From Planctomycetota bacterium (GTDB lineage Bacteria; Planctomycetota; UBA8108; UBA1146; JAJFFE01), in the NCBI GenBank assembly GCA_039028735.1, contig JBCCHQ010000008.1, forward strand, positions 6,955-70,954: a DNA stretch of 64,000 bases, in the 5' to 3' direction. Under the pieces are notes generated by a model. That model searched no databases. It had not been told where the DNA came from and worked only from the letters and a program-made list of their open reading frames with translations. Below, one piece after another: positions 27,906 through 37,528 of this stretch; position 1 is the first letter of the stretch, and the number at the start of each line of letters is the position of its first letter. The position numbers and the translations under genes are program-made.

Positions 27906-28769
27906 TCAGTCCGTTGCGGGAATGACAAACCACACCGGATCCCCCTGAGAACCAAGCTCACCAAGATAGGTGCGGCGAACGAACTTGCCGTTCTCGTCTT
28001 TGACCGGATCACTCTCGACTTCGACGAACGCCGCAAAGGGTACCTCGAGGTGCAGTCCCATCTCAGCCAAATCTAGCGAGACTTCGTACTGGCGATGTGG
28101 TTGCAGCGTGCTACGACCCCGAGCTTCGCGATAGATGCGCCAGTCGCTGATCGCATGCTTCTTCCAGCGCTCATGGTCCTTGGTCGCCGGAGCTCCAGAC
28201 CACGTCACGTTGGTTTGACGGATACCGCCCAGCCGATCATCACGGCCGCGTCCTAGGTGAATTCGTTCGTTGACGATCGCCGAACACAGATCGGGATGGA
28301 TGTAGAAACGAAACTGATCGTAGCCGAGCTCAGTCTGATCTTCGGGGACGTCGCAGCCAAGGTACAAGCACTCACCATCCGAGAGTAGCCGGAGCGTCGT
28401 ATGCTCTCCGAGCTGCAGCGGCGTCGCGTCAGCCCAGACATCATCGCGCAAGCGACCGTCGATCTGCGGAGCAACGTCCAGCCGGGCGATCGACAGCACA
28501 GTAGCGCCTGGCGGCGATTGCTGTCGGCGCGACAGTTCCGATCGTAGCTCCTTGATGCGCTGTTCTTCCGGGAACTCCTGATAGCCCTTCGGAAGGCCCG
28601 GAGCGCTCTTCCACGCCTGATACGCGGTGTTGGCCAACTTCTCTTGGTAGGTAGCCTGCAGTTGACTCGCGAGTGCATGCGCACTCGGCTCCTGGAGCAT
28701 CCAGTAGCCACATATCCCAGCCAACAGCGCGACGACAGCCAATCGTAGATTCCGGCTCATCGAGGTCAC
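27906..28769 (-). CDS. Secreted hypothetical protein (possible CBM9/DOMON-like beta-sandwich)
   Basis: Signal peptide MTSMSRNLRLAVVALLAGICGYWMLQEPSAHA. The domain assignment is a guess. Confidence 0.6.
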   Translation of the reverse strand: MTSMSRNLRLAVVALLAGICGYWMLQEPSAHALASQLQATYQEKLANTAYQAWKSAPGLPKGYQEFPEEQRIKELRSELSRRQQSPPGATVLSIARLDVAPQIDGRLRDDVWADATPLQLGEHTTLRLLSDGECLYLGCDVPEDQTELGYDQFRFYIHPDLCSAIVNERIHLGRGRDDRLGGIRQTNVTWSGAPATKDHERWKKHAISDWRIYREARGRSTLQPHRQYEVSLDLAEMGLHLEVPFAAFVEVESDPVKDENGKFVRRTYLGELGSQGDPVWFVIPATD

Positions 28770-29062
28770 TCCTTGCGTTGGTCCCCTACTTTCTCAATCT
28801 ACCTCTACGGCACGCCAGCCAGCCACCGCCGGGATCCAGCCCAGCCCCGGCACGAGTCCTTCAACTCTTTTCCTCGAAGGTAGTTGGAAGCATCGCCGCG
28901 AGTCCTGCGCAGGGTCGTGGAGCGAGCACGATCGCTGGATGTGATTACGGGAGACAGCTAGCCTGCGGTCCGGGCGATTTTCACTTGAAGAAGCCGCGTT
29001 CCCACGCGTCTTGGACCACTGCGCAACAGTTGGCCGCGAAACGCTAGCTAGTCGGAGCCGAG

Positions 29063-31099
29063 ATGGACCCTGCACTCAAAGTTGTCTTTCGCCCGGTCGC
29101 CGCGTGGCACGAGCACCGGTCCCCTGCCAGCGCACTGCTGCAGGCAAGCGACCCGGCGCTACACGACAACGTCAGTCTCGCCGCGTGGCAGCACGGCCTT
29201 GCTGGTCTTGAGACTGGAGATGCAGTGACAACGCTGGTCGTGCCGGCGCAGCCCGTGTTCGACGACATGCTGGCTGTGTGGTTCTTGACGTGCCGCGAGC
29301 CGAGCGAGATGGATACAGACGTCGCCCAGACGCTGTGTCGCTACGCTCGCATGTGCCGTCACGGAATCCCGCAGGCGAGCGTCCCGGTAGAAGCGAGCCC
29401 GCGAAACATCGCAGAAGAGGTACTGCGCCAGTTTCCCGACCTTGCCAGCGAAGACCAGGCCAGTGCTTATCAACAACGGTGCTGGGCGCTGTTCGACTTC
29501 CTGGAACAACGCCTCGTTGCTGGCGCCGACTTGTTCGGGAACGAGTTGTTTGAGGGTCCTCACGACTTCCAGGAAGAAATCGCTCTCCTCAGTCACGACC
29601 AAAGCGTCTATGCCGAAGACCTGCTCCGTGGCGAGGTCTGGACCGGTCAACTGCCACAGGGCACTGCGACAAGGGACGTCAGCCTGCTGGTTCTCGAAGT
29701 CCCTCTGAGCAACCGTTGCGCGGATTGGGCGCGGCGCGATCCGAACGCCCCCGGGGGGAGTGGCTTCCCACTGCTGCTGTTGCGCTGGCCAAATGGCGAG
29801 TGGGTGCTCACGGCGGACCCAGCCAGGCGTCTCAAGGTCGGGTTCCTCGCCGCCCCTCTACAAGCCGTAGAAGACCAGAAGCGCGGGCGAGACCGGCCGC
29901 CCACAGACGATACCGACATCTGGTACGACGGAAGTCGCCATCGCAGCACCCTGGTCGCTTCCCCTCGTAGCGGCACTGTGCTCGAACGAGAAGATGTGAT
30001 CGCGGTCTTGAAGGAAGCCCTGCACCTTGTTGCTGCCAGCGACGCGACAATGCCAGAAGCACATCCTCCGCAAGCGGATCGCCGATCAAGAGTTTCGCCT
30101 GTACGAGGCCCGCTTTTGGCCGCAGCCGTCGCCCTCCTACTTGCCGTCCTGGGCTTCTTCTTCTGGCCCGGCGAGCCTGCCACCGACACCGCCTCCACGG
30201 CGCCGTGGCGCGATGCGGCCCGGGCGCAAAGACGTGGCCTCTCGATCGCTGGCGAAGGCGCAGACGCACCACCGTTGGCCGAAGTCGTCTACGAACGTTG
30301 TTGGGCGGTGCTGGTCGGGATCGACAACTACGTCGACTCGGCGATCCCGACGCTCGAGTACGCCAGTCGCGATGCGCGCGGCGTCGAGGCTGTTCTGCGC
30401 AAACGTTACGGGTTCGACGACGCCACGGTCACGGTGCTGCTGAACGAGGAGGCGACTCGCGAGGGAATCTTGCAAGCGTTCGGAGCGCTCAAGGAGAAGA
30501 TCGGCCCGGATGACTCACTGCTCGTGTTTTGGGCTGGCCACGGCACCGCTGAGAGCATCGGCGGCAACGACGAAGCGCTGGGCTACCTCGTGCCGCACGA
30601 CGGCACAATGGAGCGGGCGACAGCGATGTCGCGCAACATCACGATGCGCAGCTTGCGCGATGACGTGCTGAGGTCGATCCGGGCCAAACATCAGTTCGTA
30701 GTCCTCGATGCCTGCTTCGGAGGCCTATTGGCCAAGAAGCGGAGTGTCGGCGAACTGACGCGCCAGGATCAGGAGTACGTGTTGAGAATCGCCAAGAAGC
30801 CAATCTCGTACGTCCTCACAGCGGGCGACGCCCAGCAAGAAGTGCTCGATGGCGGCTACGGTGGGCATTCCGTCTTTGCAGGGCATCTGATTCGGATACT
30901 CGAGCAGGTGCAGGGCTTTGCAACCGCCACCGAGATCGGTCCAGCGATTCGACGCCTGGTGGCCGACGACGCCAGCGAGCATGGGCACCAGCAAACGCCG
31001 GTCTTCGGCGCGATCCGCGGTGACGGTGACTTCGTCTTCTTGCCGCGCCCCCTGGCCGCGGAATCCTCGAGCGGCGACAGCTCCCAAACTGGGCAGTAG
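29063..31099 (+). CDS. Membrane-anchored caspase-like (peptidase C14 / caspase-HetF fold) protein with ~370-aa N-terminal domain of unknown function
   Basis: GGAG lies 5 nt before the ATG. A single TM helix reads LLAAAVALLLAVLGFFFW. The His/Cys dyad context is LLVFWAGHGTAESIGG ... HQFVVLDACFGG. Confidence 0.8.
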   Translation: MDPALKVVFRPVAAWHEHRSPASALLQASDPALHDNVSLAAWQHGLAGLETGDAVTTLVVPAQPVFDDMLAVWFLTCREPSEMDTDVAQTLCRYARMCRHGIPQASVPVEASPRNIAEEVLRQFPDLASEDQASAYQQRCWALFDFLEQRLVAGADLFGNELFEGPHDFQEEIALLSHDQSVYAEDLLRGEVWTGQLPQGTATRDVSLLVLEVPLSNRCADWARRDPNAPGGSGFPLLLLRWPNGEWVLTADPARRLKVGFLAAPLQAVEDQKRGRDRPPTDDTDIWYDGSRHRSTLVASPRSGTVLEREDVIAVLKEALHLVAASDATMPEAHPPQADRRSRVSPVRGPLLAAAVALLLAVLGFFFWPGEPATDTASTAPWRDAARAQRRGLSIAGEGADAPPLAEVVYERCWAVLVGIDNYVDSAIPTLEYASRDARGVEAVLRKRYGFDDATVTVLLNEEATREGILQAFGALKEKIGPDDSLLVFWAGHGTAESIGGNDEALGYLVPHDGTMERATAMSRNITMRSLRDDVLRSIRAKHQFVVLDACFGGLLAKKRSVGELTRQDQEYVLRIAKKPISYVLTAGDAQQEVLDGGYGGHSVFAGHLIRILEQVQGFATATEIGPAIRRLVADDASEHGHQQTPVFGAIRGDGDFVFLPRPLAAESSSGDSSQTGQ

Positions 31100-31157
31100 A
31101 GAACTGCGGACTAGAGACTCGACGCTTCGGAGCTGGTGGCAGCGGAGCAACCCGAGT

Positions 31158-32894
31158 CTACGGGCACACCGAGTTCGTACAGGTCAGCAGGTCCGGCGTC
31201 GGCTCCGTCGCACACAGCGGAAAGGGCGCGATCGGTTGCGGCGCCAGGCCGAACAGGGCCTGAATCGAAACCACGGCATCGGCCACCGTCAAAGCCCCAT
31301 CGTCGTCGGTGTCACAAGCGCTTTGGCATGGCGCGCTGCTTCCCAGGAACAACACCTGCAAAAGGTAGGCGGGATCCGAAATGTCACGGATCAGGTCCGA
31401 GTTACAGTCACCGCGAACGAACTTAGGCGGCGGCGGCTGTTGCGGCCGCAAGTCAGCGACGCGCAGGAGGTGGTCGGACGCCTCGGAGTCAGGCGCCTGC
31501 AAACCAGCGGCGCTGAGCACAGCACTCGACATTTCCGGCGTGTACAGCACATAGTGATTCGCCGGTGCGACCACGGAGTCTGAATAGATCACGAAATCGA
31601 GCAGCCCGGGCCAGAAAGAAGAATTGTCATTGCGCCACGTGTAGGCCATTCGCTTTTCGGTTTGCGACGAAACGAGATTCACCAAGCCGGTGCCATCCCA
31701 ATCCAAAGCGACGTCCGCACCATACGTTGCTTCGTCAGCAACATCGCCAGTCAGCAGCGACGTCAACGTTGACGACAGGCCGACAAGATTCAGATCCCCG
31801 ACAACGACGATCGCGGTGTCAGCTGCGATCGTCAGGGGACCACCGCTGGCTTTGGCATCACGCACGAACGCCAAGATCTCGTCTACTTCGTCCTGCCGCC
31901 CAGTCTCGTTGCTGCAACAGGGCAAATGAGCGTTGATCAACAAAAGCTGCTGACCCAGCACCGCTGTCGTGTCCACGAGAACAGCCAGATTCCCCGATAG
32001 CGACCAAGACCCGAGGATCGCGTAGCGACTCACAACGATGCAGTCGTTGTTGTCGGCAGCCGACCAAACAGCACCACTGCCTGCATTGACCCAGGTTCCC
32101 ACCAGCGACGCCGTCTCTGCCGCGGTGTGATTGTAGATCTCTTGAAAACACCAAATGTCAGCGTCGACGGCCGAGAACTGGCGACCAAAGCGTGGTTCCT
32201 CGCCCGGGTCCCAAGGAGAATCGTTGTGCACGTTGTAGGTGGCGATGCGGAGGTCACTGGCTTGTTGACGTCCAAGTGGGATCGGTGCGGGCGGCACAGC
32301 GGTGCCTTGATCCATCGTATAGACAACGCTGCCGGTATTGGGAAGCTCATCCCCGGCACCGTCTTCGTCGCGCAAGATCAGACGCACTTGTGTTCCTGAA
32401 AACAGCGGCTGGGCGCCGTTGGGAAGCGTATCGCGACCGATACTCACCTCAAACCACGACGACGACACTGTCGGGCCCGAGCGTAGGCGTAGATCATCGT
32501 GAAACAGTGTGCTCCCGCCGCCGACATGAAACGTCCCGGTGCGGCTCCCGAAACGCCACTCGAGCTCTGCACCGATTCCGCGCACAGGCAGACCCGTCGC
32601 AGAGTTCATGTCGGTGTCGAGGTAGAGGACGAGATCGTTCCCCTCGTCGAGTTGGCTCTCGATACCCAGTTCCAATCGCAGGAACAGGAAGCGGGCATCG
32701 TCTGCAACGCTCAAGCCTGCAAAGTCCAATCCCGAGGGACCGGCGTCACCAGCCCCGTCGGTATGGGCCGGTAGCACCCCACCCCAGTCGAGATCACGGC
32801 CATCGACTTGGATCGGGTGTTGTTCTCCACAGGCATTTCCGCCAATGGCGAGGACAACCAGGAGCACGGTAAATGCAAGGTGTTGCGTCGACAC
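31158..32894 (-). CDS. Secreted endonuclease/exonuclease/phosphatase (EEP)-family protein with C-terminal dockerin-like module
   Basis: GTG start with signal peptide MSTQHLAFTVLLVVLAIGGNACG. The EEP motif is LRIATYNVHNDSPWDPGEEPRFGRQFSAVDADIWCFQEI. The dockerin-like tail is 31161..31421 (FVRGDCNSDLIRDISD...DTDDDGALTVAD...CATEPTPDLLTCTNSVCP). Confidence 0.8.
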   Translation of the reverse strand: MSTQHLAFTVLLVVLAIGGNACGEQHPIQVDGRDLDWGGVLPAHTDGAGDAGPSGLDFAGLSVADDARFLFLRLELGIESQLDEGNDLVLYLDTDMNSATGLPVRGIGAELEWRFGSRTGTFHVGGGSTLFHDDLRLRSGPTVSSSWFEVSIGRDTLPNGAQPLFSGTQVRLILRDEDGAGDELPNTGSVVYTMDQGTAVPPAPIPLGRQQASDLRIATYNVHNDSPWDPGEEPRFGRQFSAVDADIWCFQEIYNHTAAETASLVGTWVNAGSGAVWSAADNNDCIVVSRYAILGSWSLSGNLAVLVDTTAVLGQQLLLINAHLPCCSNETGRQDEVDEILAFVRDAKASGGPLTIAADTAIVVVGDLNLVGLSSTLTSLLTGDVADEATYGADVALDWDGTGLVNLVSSQTEKRMAYTWRNDNSSFWPGLLDFVIYSDSVVAPANHYVLYTPEMSSAVLSAAGLQAPDSEASDHLLRVADLRPQQPPPPKFVRGDCNSDLIRDISDPAYLLQVLFLGSSAPCQSACDTDDDGALTVADAVVSIQALFGLAPQPIAPFPLCATEPTPDLLTCTNSVCP

Positions 32895-32904
32895 GGTCCT
32901 ACGC

Positions 32905-34413
32905 CTAGATCCCCTTGTCCGTGGAGTAAGTGCGTTGCATGAAGCTCTGCCACTCTTCCTCGAACTTGTTCATGTTCAGGCGACCGAACGTAACACGATA
33001 CGCTTCGGCCCCTGTCTTCCCCTTGCGGATCGATTTGAAGTATTCCTTCAGCGCCTTTTGATACTTGCGGTTGCCACCCTCGATACAGAAGTAGACCACT
33101 GCCCAAGCCTGGCAGTAGTGCTGGTACATGCGCTTGTTCTTGTTGCGCATGTCGTACATCTCTGCCTGTGACATGTTCATCAACTCGGCGACTGTCGGTC
33201 GCGGGATCTTGCGATTGAGGATTGTGATCATGAACTTCAGACGATCCGCGGCCGGGCGAATCTTCATGACTCGACGGTTGCCCTTCTTCACCAGTTGCGA
33301 AGCGGAGAAGTAGTCGGCCAACCCTTCGTTGAACCAAGACGGGATGTTGTCGAGGTACTCGTGGCAGTACTGGTGAAAACCCTCGTGTTTCAACGTAATC
33401 AAGGTCTTGGCCATGTCCGGCTTCTTGAACAACATGATGCGCCGCGCCAGCGGCCAATAAACACCCCCGGAGTTAGCCGGCGCGCCCGCCCGCACATAGC
33501 TTTCACGATCGCCGAAAATCATGATCAAGTACTTACGATCCGGTTTGGCAATGTCGGGGAACACGCCGTCGTAGAGCTCGCGCACCAGCTCGACTGTCTC
33601 GGAGAACTCCTGAGCTGACGCCTGAGATACGTTCGTCTTAATGATGTAGTTTTCGCTCTCGACGACAAACGTCTCGCCCCAGTCTGGGTCCTTGGTTGCA
33701 AACTCGATTGCCTGGCGGCACTGCTCCCGCATGGGATTCGTGCCACGCGACAACGCGCGCTCGAGATAGGGGCGTGCGTCCTCGAAACGTCCCAACTCGA
33801 CCAAGACCATCAGAATGCGATCGACGCCATACTCATAGTGCGGATAGATGTCGAGCGCTGCCTCGTAGCGCGGGATCGCGTCTTCGCGCTTGCGCTGCCA
33901 GACATCGACGTCGGCCAGTTCGACGTAGGCCTCGTAGAACTCGGGGGCCGCCTTGATAACTTTCTTCAGTTCACGGCGCGCTTTCGGATAGTCACGATCC
34001 CACTGATACAGGATTCCCAGGTAGTACCCAGGAAGCGCAGAAGTTGCGTTCATCTTGCGCTGCAGCTTCTTGAACGCACGGATCGCGTCCTTGCGCGGTT
34101 CTTCTTTCGTGTAGCGACGCCGGGCCTCGGCATACAGCTTCATCGCGGCGACGAAGCGCTCCTTGACATCCGGCTCGATCGAATCGGGAAGGCTCAAGTT
34201 GTCGGCCGGCGGCGGCGGAATCTCGACCTTCTCCTTCTTTTCCTCTTCGTCGCCGTCACCCGTCTTGTCCGATTCAGTAGCCTCTTGCGGCGTGGCAACG
34301 ACGCCTTCCAGAACGGGCGGTACCGCGGGCGCGGCTTGAGTCGCTAGGACGCAGATTGCAACTGTGACCCAAGCCAGGGCCCAGAACTTCTGCGGGAGCA
34401 CGAACTGCGGCAT
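32905..34413 (-). CDS. Secreted TPR-repeat protein with DUF1570-like HExxH (HEGFHQ) putative peptidase-like domain
   Basis: GGAGG 6 nt upstream. Signal peptide MPQFVLPQKFWALAWVTVAICVLATQA. TPR-like helices and LKHEGFHQYCHEY are present. It lies 10 nt upstream of the EEP-dockerin gene (co-directional). Confidence 0.7.
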   Translation of the reverse strand: MPQFVLPQKFWALAWVTVAICVLATQAAPAVPPVLEGVVATPQEATESDKTGDGDEEEKKEKVEIPPPPADNLSLPDSIEPDVKERFVAAMKLYAEARRRYTKEEPRKDAIRAFKKLQRKMNATSALPGYYLGILYQWDRDYPKARRELKKVIKAAPEFYEAYVELADVDVWQRKREDAIPRYEAALDIYPHYEYGVDRILMVLVELGRFEDARPYLERALSRGTNPMREQCRQAIEFATKDPDWGETFVVESENYIIKTNVSQASAQEFSETVELVRELYDGVFPDIAKPDRKYLIMIFGDRESYVRAGAPANSGGVYWPLARRIMLFKKPDMAKTLITLKHEGFHQYCHEYLDNIPSWFNEGLADYFSASQLVKKGNRRVMKIRPAADRLKFMITILNRKIPRPTVAELMNMSQAEMYDMRNKNKRMYQHYCQAWAVVYFCIEGGNRKYQKALKEYFKSIRKGKTGAEAYRVTFGRLNMNKFEEEWQSFMQRTYSTDKGI

Positions 34414-34739
34414 GCAAACCTCCGAACGGCTAGGTCTGCTAACAGCGCGGGTTGGCAGACGTAAATAGTGGCAATGCGAGTGTTGTTTAGCGTACCCGAT
34501 GCGTACGGGCGGTGGGAGTCTGGAGTTGCCGGTTCAGTCCAGCGATTTCGTTGCCGGCTTCGAATTGATCAAACCTCACGAAGTGGCGCCTCGTCCCTCC
34601 CCCCACGCCGTCCGTTTCGTGCCTCTGTTTCTTGACTTAGACATGGCTTCCGTAGAAAATTTCGCGCGATACTTCGTCGATTCCGGCGCCCTCGGGAAGT
34701 GCGGTGGCCGACAGAGCTTGCTTGCCGAAAAGAGGTAGG

Positions 34740-35816
34740 ATGGTGTCGGCCGAGACGCCAAGAGTCGCGTTCTTCACGAAGAGCAAACGCACGACTCTCT
34801 ACACCACTTTCATTATCCGCGCACTCCGTCGCATCGGCTGCAAGATGCTCAGCATCAACATGAGCTCATTGCGCCGCCTCTATGGACAATCCGGAGCCAA
34901 CGCCATCGCCCGGCGGCGCCTGGACAACTTTCGACCTGACGCCTGCGTTATCTTCTCCAGCGACATCGAAGACGCGACGTTGGACTACCTGGTCGGACGT
35001 ACAAAAACCGCGCTGCTCCTCGATGACTACTACCCTGTGGACAGCCCGCTGTTATCCAAGATTCGCAAGGTCGATGTCTTCTTCCTGACGTCCACCGGTC
35101 AGATTCAAGCCTACAAGGAGGCCGGCGCCAAATCCGTGGTCTATCTACACAGTGGAGTCGACCCCGATGATCACCGCCGCGGACGCTTCAAGAAGCGCTT
35201 CCAGAGTGACGTTGCATTCATCGGCAAGGCCAACTTCGCCGAGCGTGTTGACATGATCACGCTGTTGTCACAGCGCGTCGACCTAAAGGTCTACGGTGCG
35301 CGCTGGGATCAGTACGGAATCAACGCCACGAAGGAAACCGTCGGCGTACGTGACTTCCGGCGGGTCTGTGCGAGCGCCAAGATCGTCTTCGGCATGGACA
35401 AGACTGTCGATCAAGAACTCTACTTTTCCAATCGGACTTGGTTCGTACTCGGCTGCGGTGGTTTCCTGCTCACACGCTACGTGCCGCGACTCGAAGACCT
35501 GTTCGCAAACCATAGACATCTAGCTTGGTTTCGAGAGCTTGACGAAGCGGTCGAATTGATCGACTACTACCGCAAGAATGACCGCGCGCGAGAACAGATC
35601 CAGGAAGAGGGCTTTCGCTTCGCCCACGAACACTATCCGTTCGACCGTATGGCGAGTAACATTCGCCGCGTCTTGTTCGCGGGCGAACAACCGCTGCCGT
35701 TCACAGCGACGGGGCCGGACGGCCCCGTTCCTGGCGCTACTGACGATGCCAACGGGACTGACTCCGCACGAGCACTTCGCGCCTGGCAACCGGAGCCCAA
35801 GGAGACTGGGTCTTGA
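34740..35816 (+). CDS. CgeB-like / DUF3880-type glycosyltransferase-family protein
   Basis: ATG 34740 with AAAGAGG upstream. The C-terminal region is GT1/CgeB-like (FVLGCGGFLLTRYVPRLEDLF...FRFAHEHYPFD). Confidence 0.6.
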   Translation: MVSAETPRVAFFTKSKRTTLYTTFIIRALRRIGCKMLSINMSSLRRLYGQSGANAIARRRLDNFRPDACVIFSSDIEDATLDYLVGRTKTALLLDDYYPVDSPLLSKIRKVDVFFLTSTGQIQAYKEAGAKSVVYLHSGVDPDDHRRGRFKKRFQSDVAFIGKANFAERVDMITLLSQRVDLKVYGARWDQYGINATKETVGVRDFRRVCASAKIVFGMDKTVDQELYFSNRTWFVLGCGGFLLTRYVPRLEDLFANHRHLAWFRELDEAVELIDYYRKNDRAREQIQEEGFRFAHEHYPFDRMASNIRRVLFAGEQPLPFTATGPDGPVPGATDDANGTDSARALRAWQPEPKETGS

Positions 35817-36658
35817 AGAGTCTGCTCCGCGATCTGACAAGTGCGTTTCGCTACCGCCGCTTCGTCACGAACCCCTGGATGGCAGCCACGGCTCGCCGCA
35901 GTCGCGGCGCCGGCACAAACGACGAGACCGTCGTGCCGTTGTTTCTCCGTGGGCGAGGTGAGCTCTTCATCCGACGAATGACGTCTGACATTCATGTCTT
36001 CAAGGACGTCTACATGAAGGATGCCTACCACCTGGATGCGTTGGCCGCGGCTGCGGCACGGGGCAAGCCACTGGACCGGGTGATCGAGATCGGCGGGCAC
36101 ATCGGAGTCTTTGCTACGCGCGTCGCTACTCTTGCAGGTCGCGTATTGTCCTGCGAGCCGATGCCGCCCAACGCCGCCCTGTTTCGTCGCAACGTCGACA
36201 GTCTCCATTGCGACAACGTGACACTGCTCGAAGCAGCAGTCACTGCGACGGGTGAGAGCCTGACGTTGTTTGCGTCCGGCAACACTGCTGGGCACTCCGC
36301 GTTCCAAGAGCTGGCCGGCGAACGCTCGACGACCGCTGACGCGCAAGCGCACACTGTTGATTCGGTAACTCTGCAAGAGCTGTTGGCACGCGACGGTGGC
36401 GGTCGTTGCAACCTCTTGAAGATCGACTGCGAGGGGGGCGAGTACGACATACTGCTCAACGCCGACGAGGACTCGCTGGCCCGCGTCGACCGAGTCGTCC
36501 TCGAGTACCACAATGTGCCCTACGGCAACTACGAGCAGCCACACGAGTCGGTCGTAGAACGTTTGCAACAATCCGGTTTCACCGTCAACCTGGAGCCATC
36601 GCACCGCCACCCGTCGTACGGATACATCCAGGCGTGGCGCGGGCCGAGCTGGGTCTAG
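35813..36658 (+). CDS. FkbM-family SAM-dependent methyltransferase
   Basis: VIEIGGHIGVFA and LLKIDCEGGEYDIL motifs. The TTG start overlaps the upstream stop (TTGA). Confidence 0.8.
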   Translation: MKSLLRDLTSAFRYRRFVTNPWMAATARRSRGAGTNDETVVPLFLRGRGELFIRRMTSDIHVFKDVYMKDAYHLDALAAAAARGKPLDRVIEIGGHIGVFATRVATLAGRVLSCEPMPPNAALFRRNVDSLHCDNVTLLEAAVTATGESLTLFASGNTAGHSAFQELAGERSTTADAQAHTVDSVTLQELLARDGGGRCNLLKIDCEGGEYDILLNADEDSLARVDRVVLEYHNVPYGNYEQPHESVVERLQQSGFTVNLEPSHRHPSYGYIQAWRGPSWV

Positions 36659-36661
36659 AAC

Positions 36662-37510
36662 GTGATCGAGCAAAAGCATCCCACCATGAGTAGCGAACAC
36701 ACCGTCATCGTCACGAGCTACAATCAACCGACAACGCTGCGGCTGGTTCTGGAGGGGCTCAGGCGCCAGAGCGAACTCAACTTCGACGTCGCGATCGCCG
36801 ACGATGGCTCCGACCCAGACACCAAAGAGATGCTGGACGAATTCGCGGTCGACTCGCCGTTTGACATCCGCTTCTGTACGCAGGAAGACAAGGGGTTTCG
36901 CAAATCACGGGCGCTCAACAACGCGATCCGAATGAGCGATGCTGACTACTACTACTTCCTGGACGGAGATTGCATCCCGCAACAACACTGGCTGCGTCGC
37001 TACCGACGCGCTTTCCGCCGCGGATTCGACTTCAGTACGTCCACGTACATCACGCTCGACTTGGAGACAACCAAAGCGCTCGCGCCAGCTCAAGTCGCCG
37101 ATGGCAGCTTCGAACGCTTCGCGACGTCGGACAAGCTCGCCCGCGCTCGTCGAGCTCACGCCCGGCAGTTGTTCTATCGAGCGATCTTCTACCGAAGAGC
37201 CCGGATTCGTGGCGGTAACTGGGCCTGCAGCGCCGCCGCCCTCGAGGCCGTGAATGGTTTCGACGAGAACTTCGAGAACTTCGGCAAGGAAGACTCCGAC
37301 ATTCGCAACCGACTGATCAACGCCGGATTCCGACCACTATGCCAGTGGTCTACGAACTGGGCCGCGCATTGCCACCACGATGTGGATCCACGGCGGGTAC
37401 GCCCAGAAGTACAGCGCAAGGCACCGGACCTCGAGTACTACGTCAGTCGCAAGACGGCAAAGTTATGTCAGCGCGGGCTGCGCAATCTGGACGCCCCGTC
37501 GTCGCCCTAG
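36662..37510 (+). CDS. Family 2 glycosyltransferase
   Basis: TVIVTSYNQPTTLRLVLEGL...DVAIADDGSDPDT and DGDCIP motifs. The start is GTG 36662 or ATG 36686. Confidence 0.8.
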   Translation: MIEQKHPTMSSEHTVIVTSYNQPTTLRLVLEGLRRQSELNFDVAIADDGSDPDTKEMLDEFAVDSPFDIRFCTQEDKGFRKSRALNNAIRMSDADYYYFLDGDCIPQQHWLRRYRRAFRRGFDFSTSTYITLDLETTKALAPAQVADGSFERFATSDKLARARRAHARQLFYRAIFYRRARIRGGNWACSAAALEAVNGFDENFENFGKEDSDIRNRLINAGFRPLCQWSTNWAAHCHHDVDPRRVRPEVQRKAPDLEYYVSRKTAKLCQRGLRNLDAPSSP

Positions 37511-37528
37511 GCAGTCGCGCCGGGGCCG

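Noticed and set aside
35633-36727. 364-aa minus-strand ORF overlapping the FkbM methyltransferase gene
   Set aside because: It is antisense to a gene with clear FkbM motifs. It has no recognisable domains and an Arg/Ala-rich composition.
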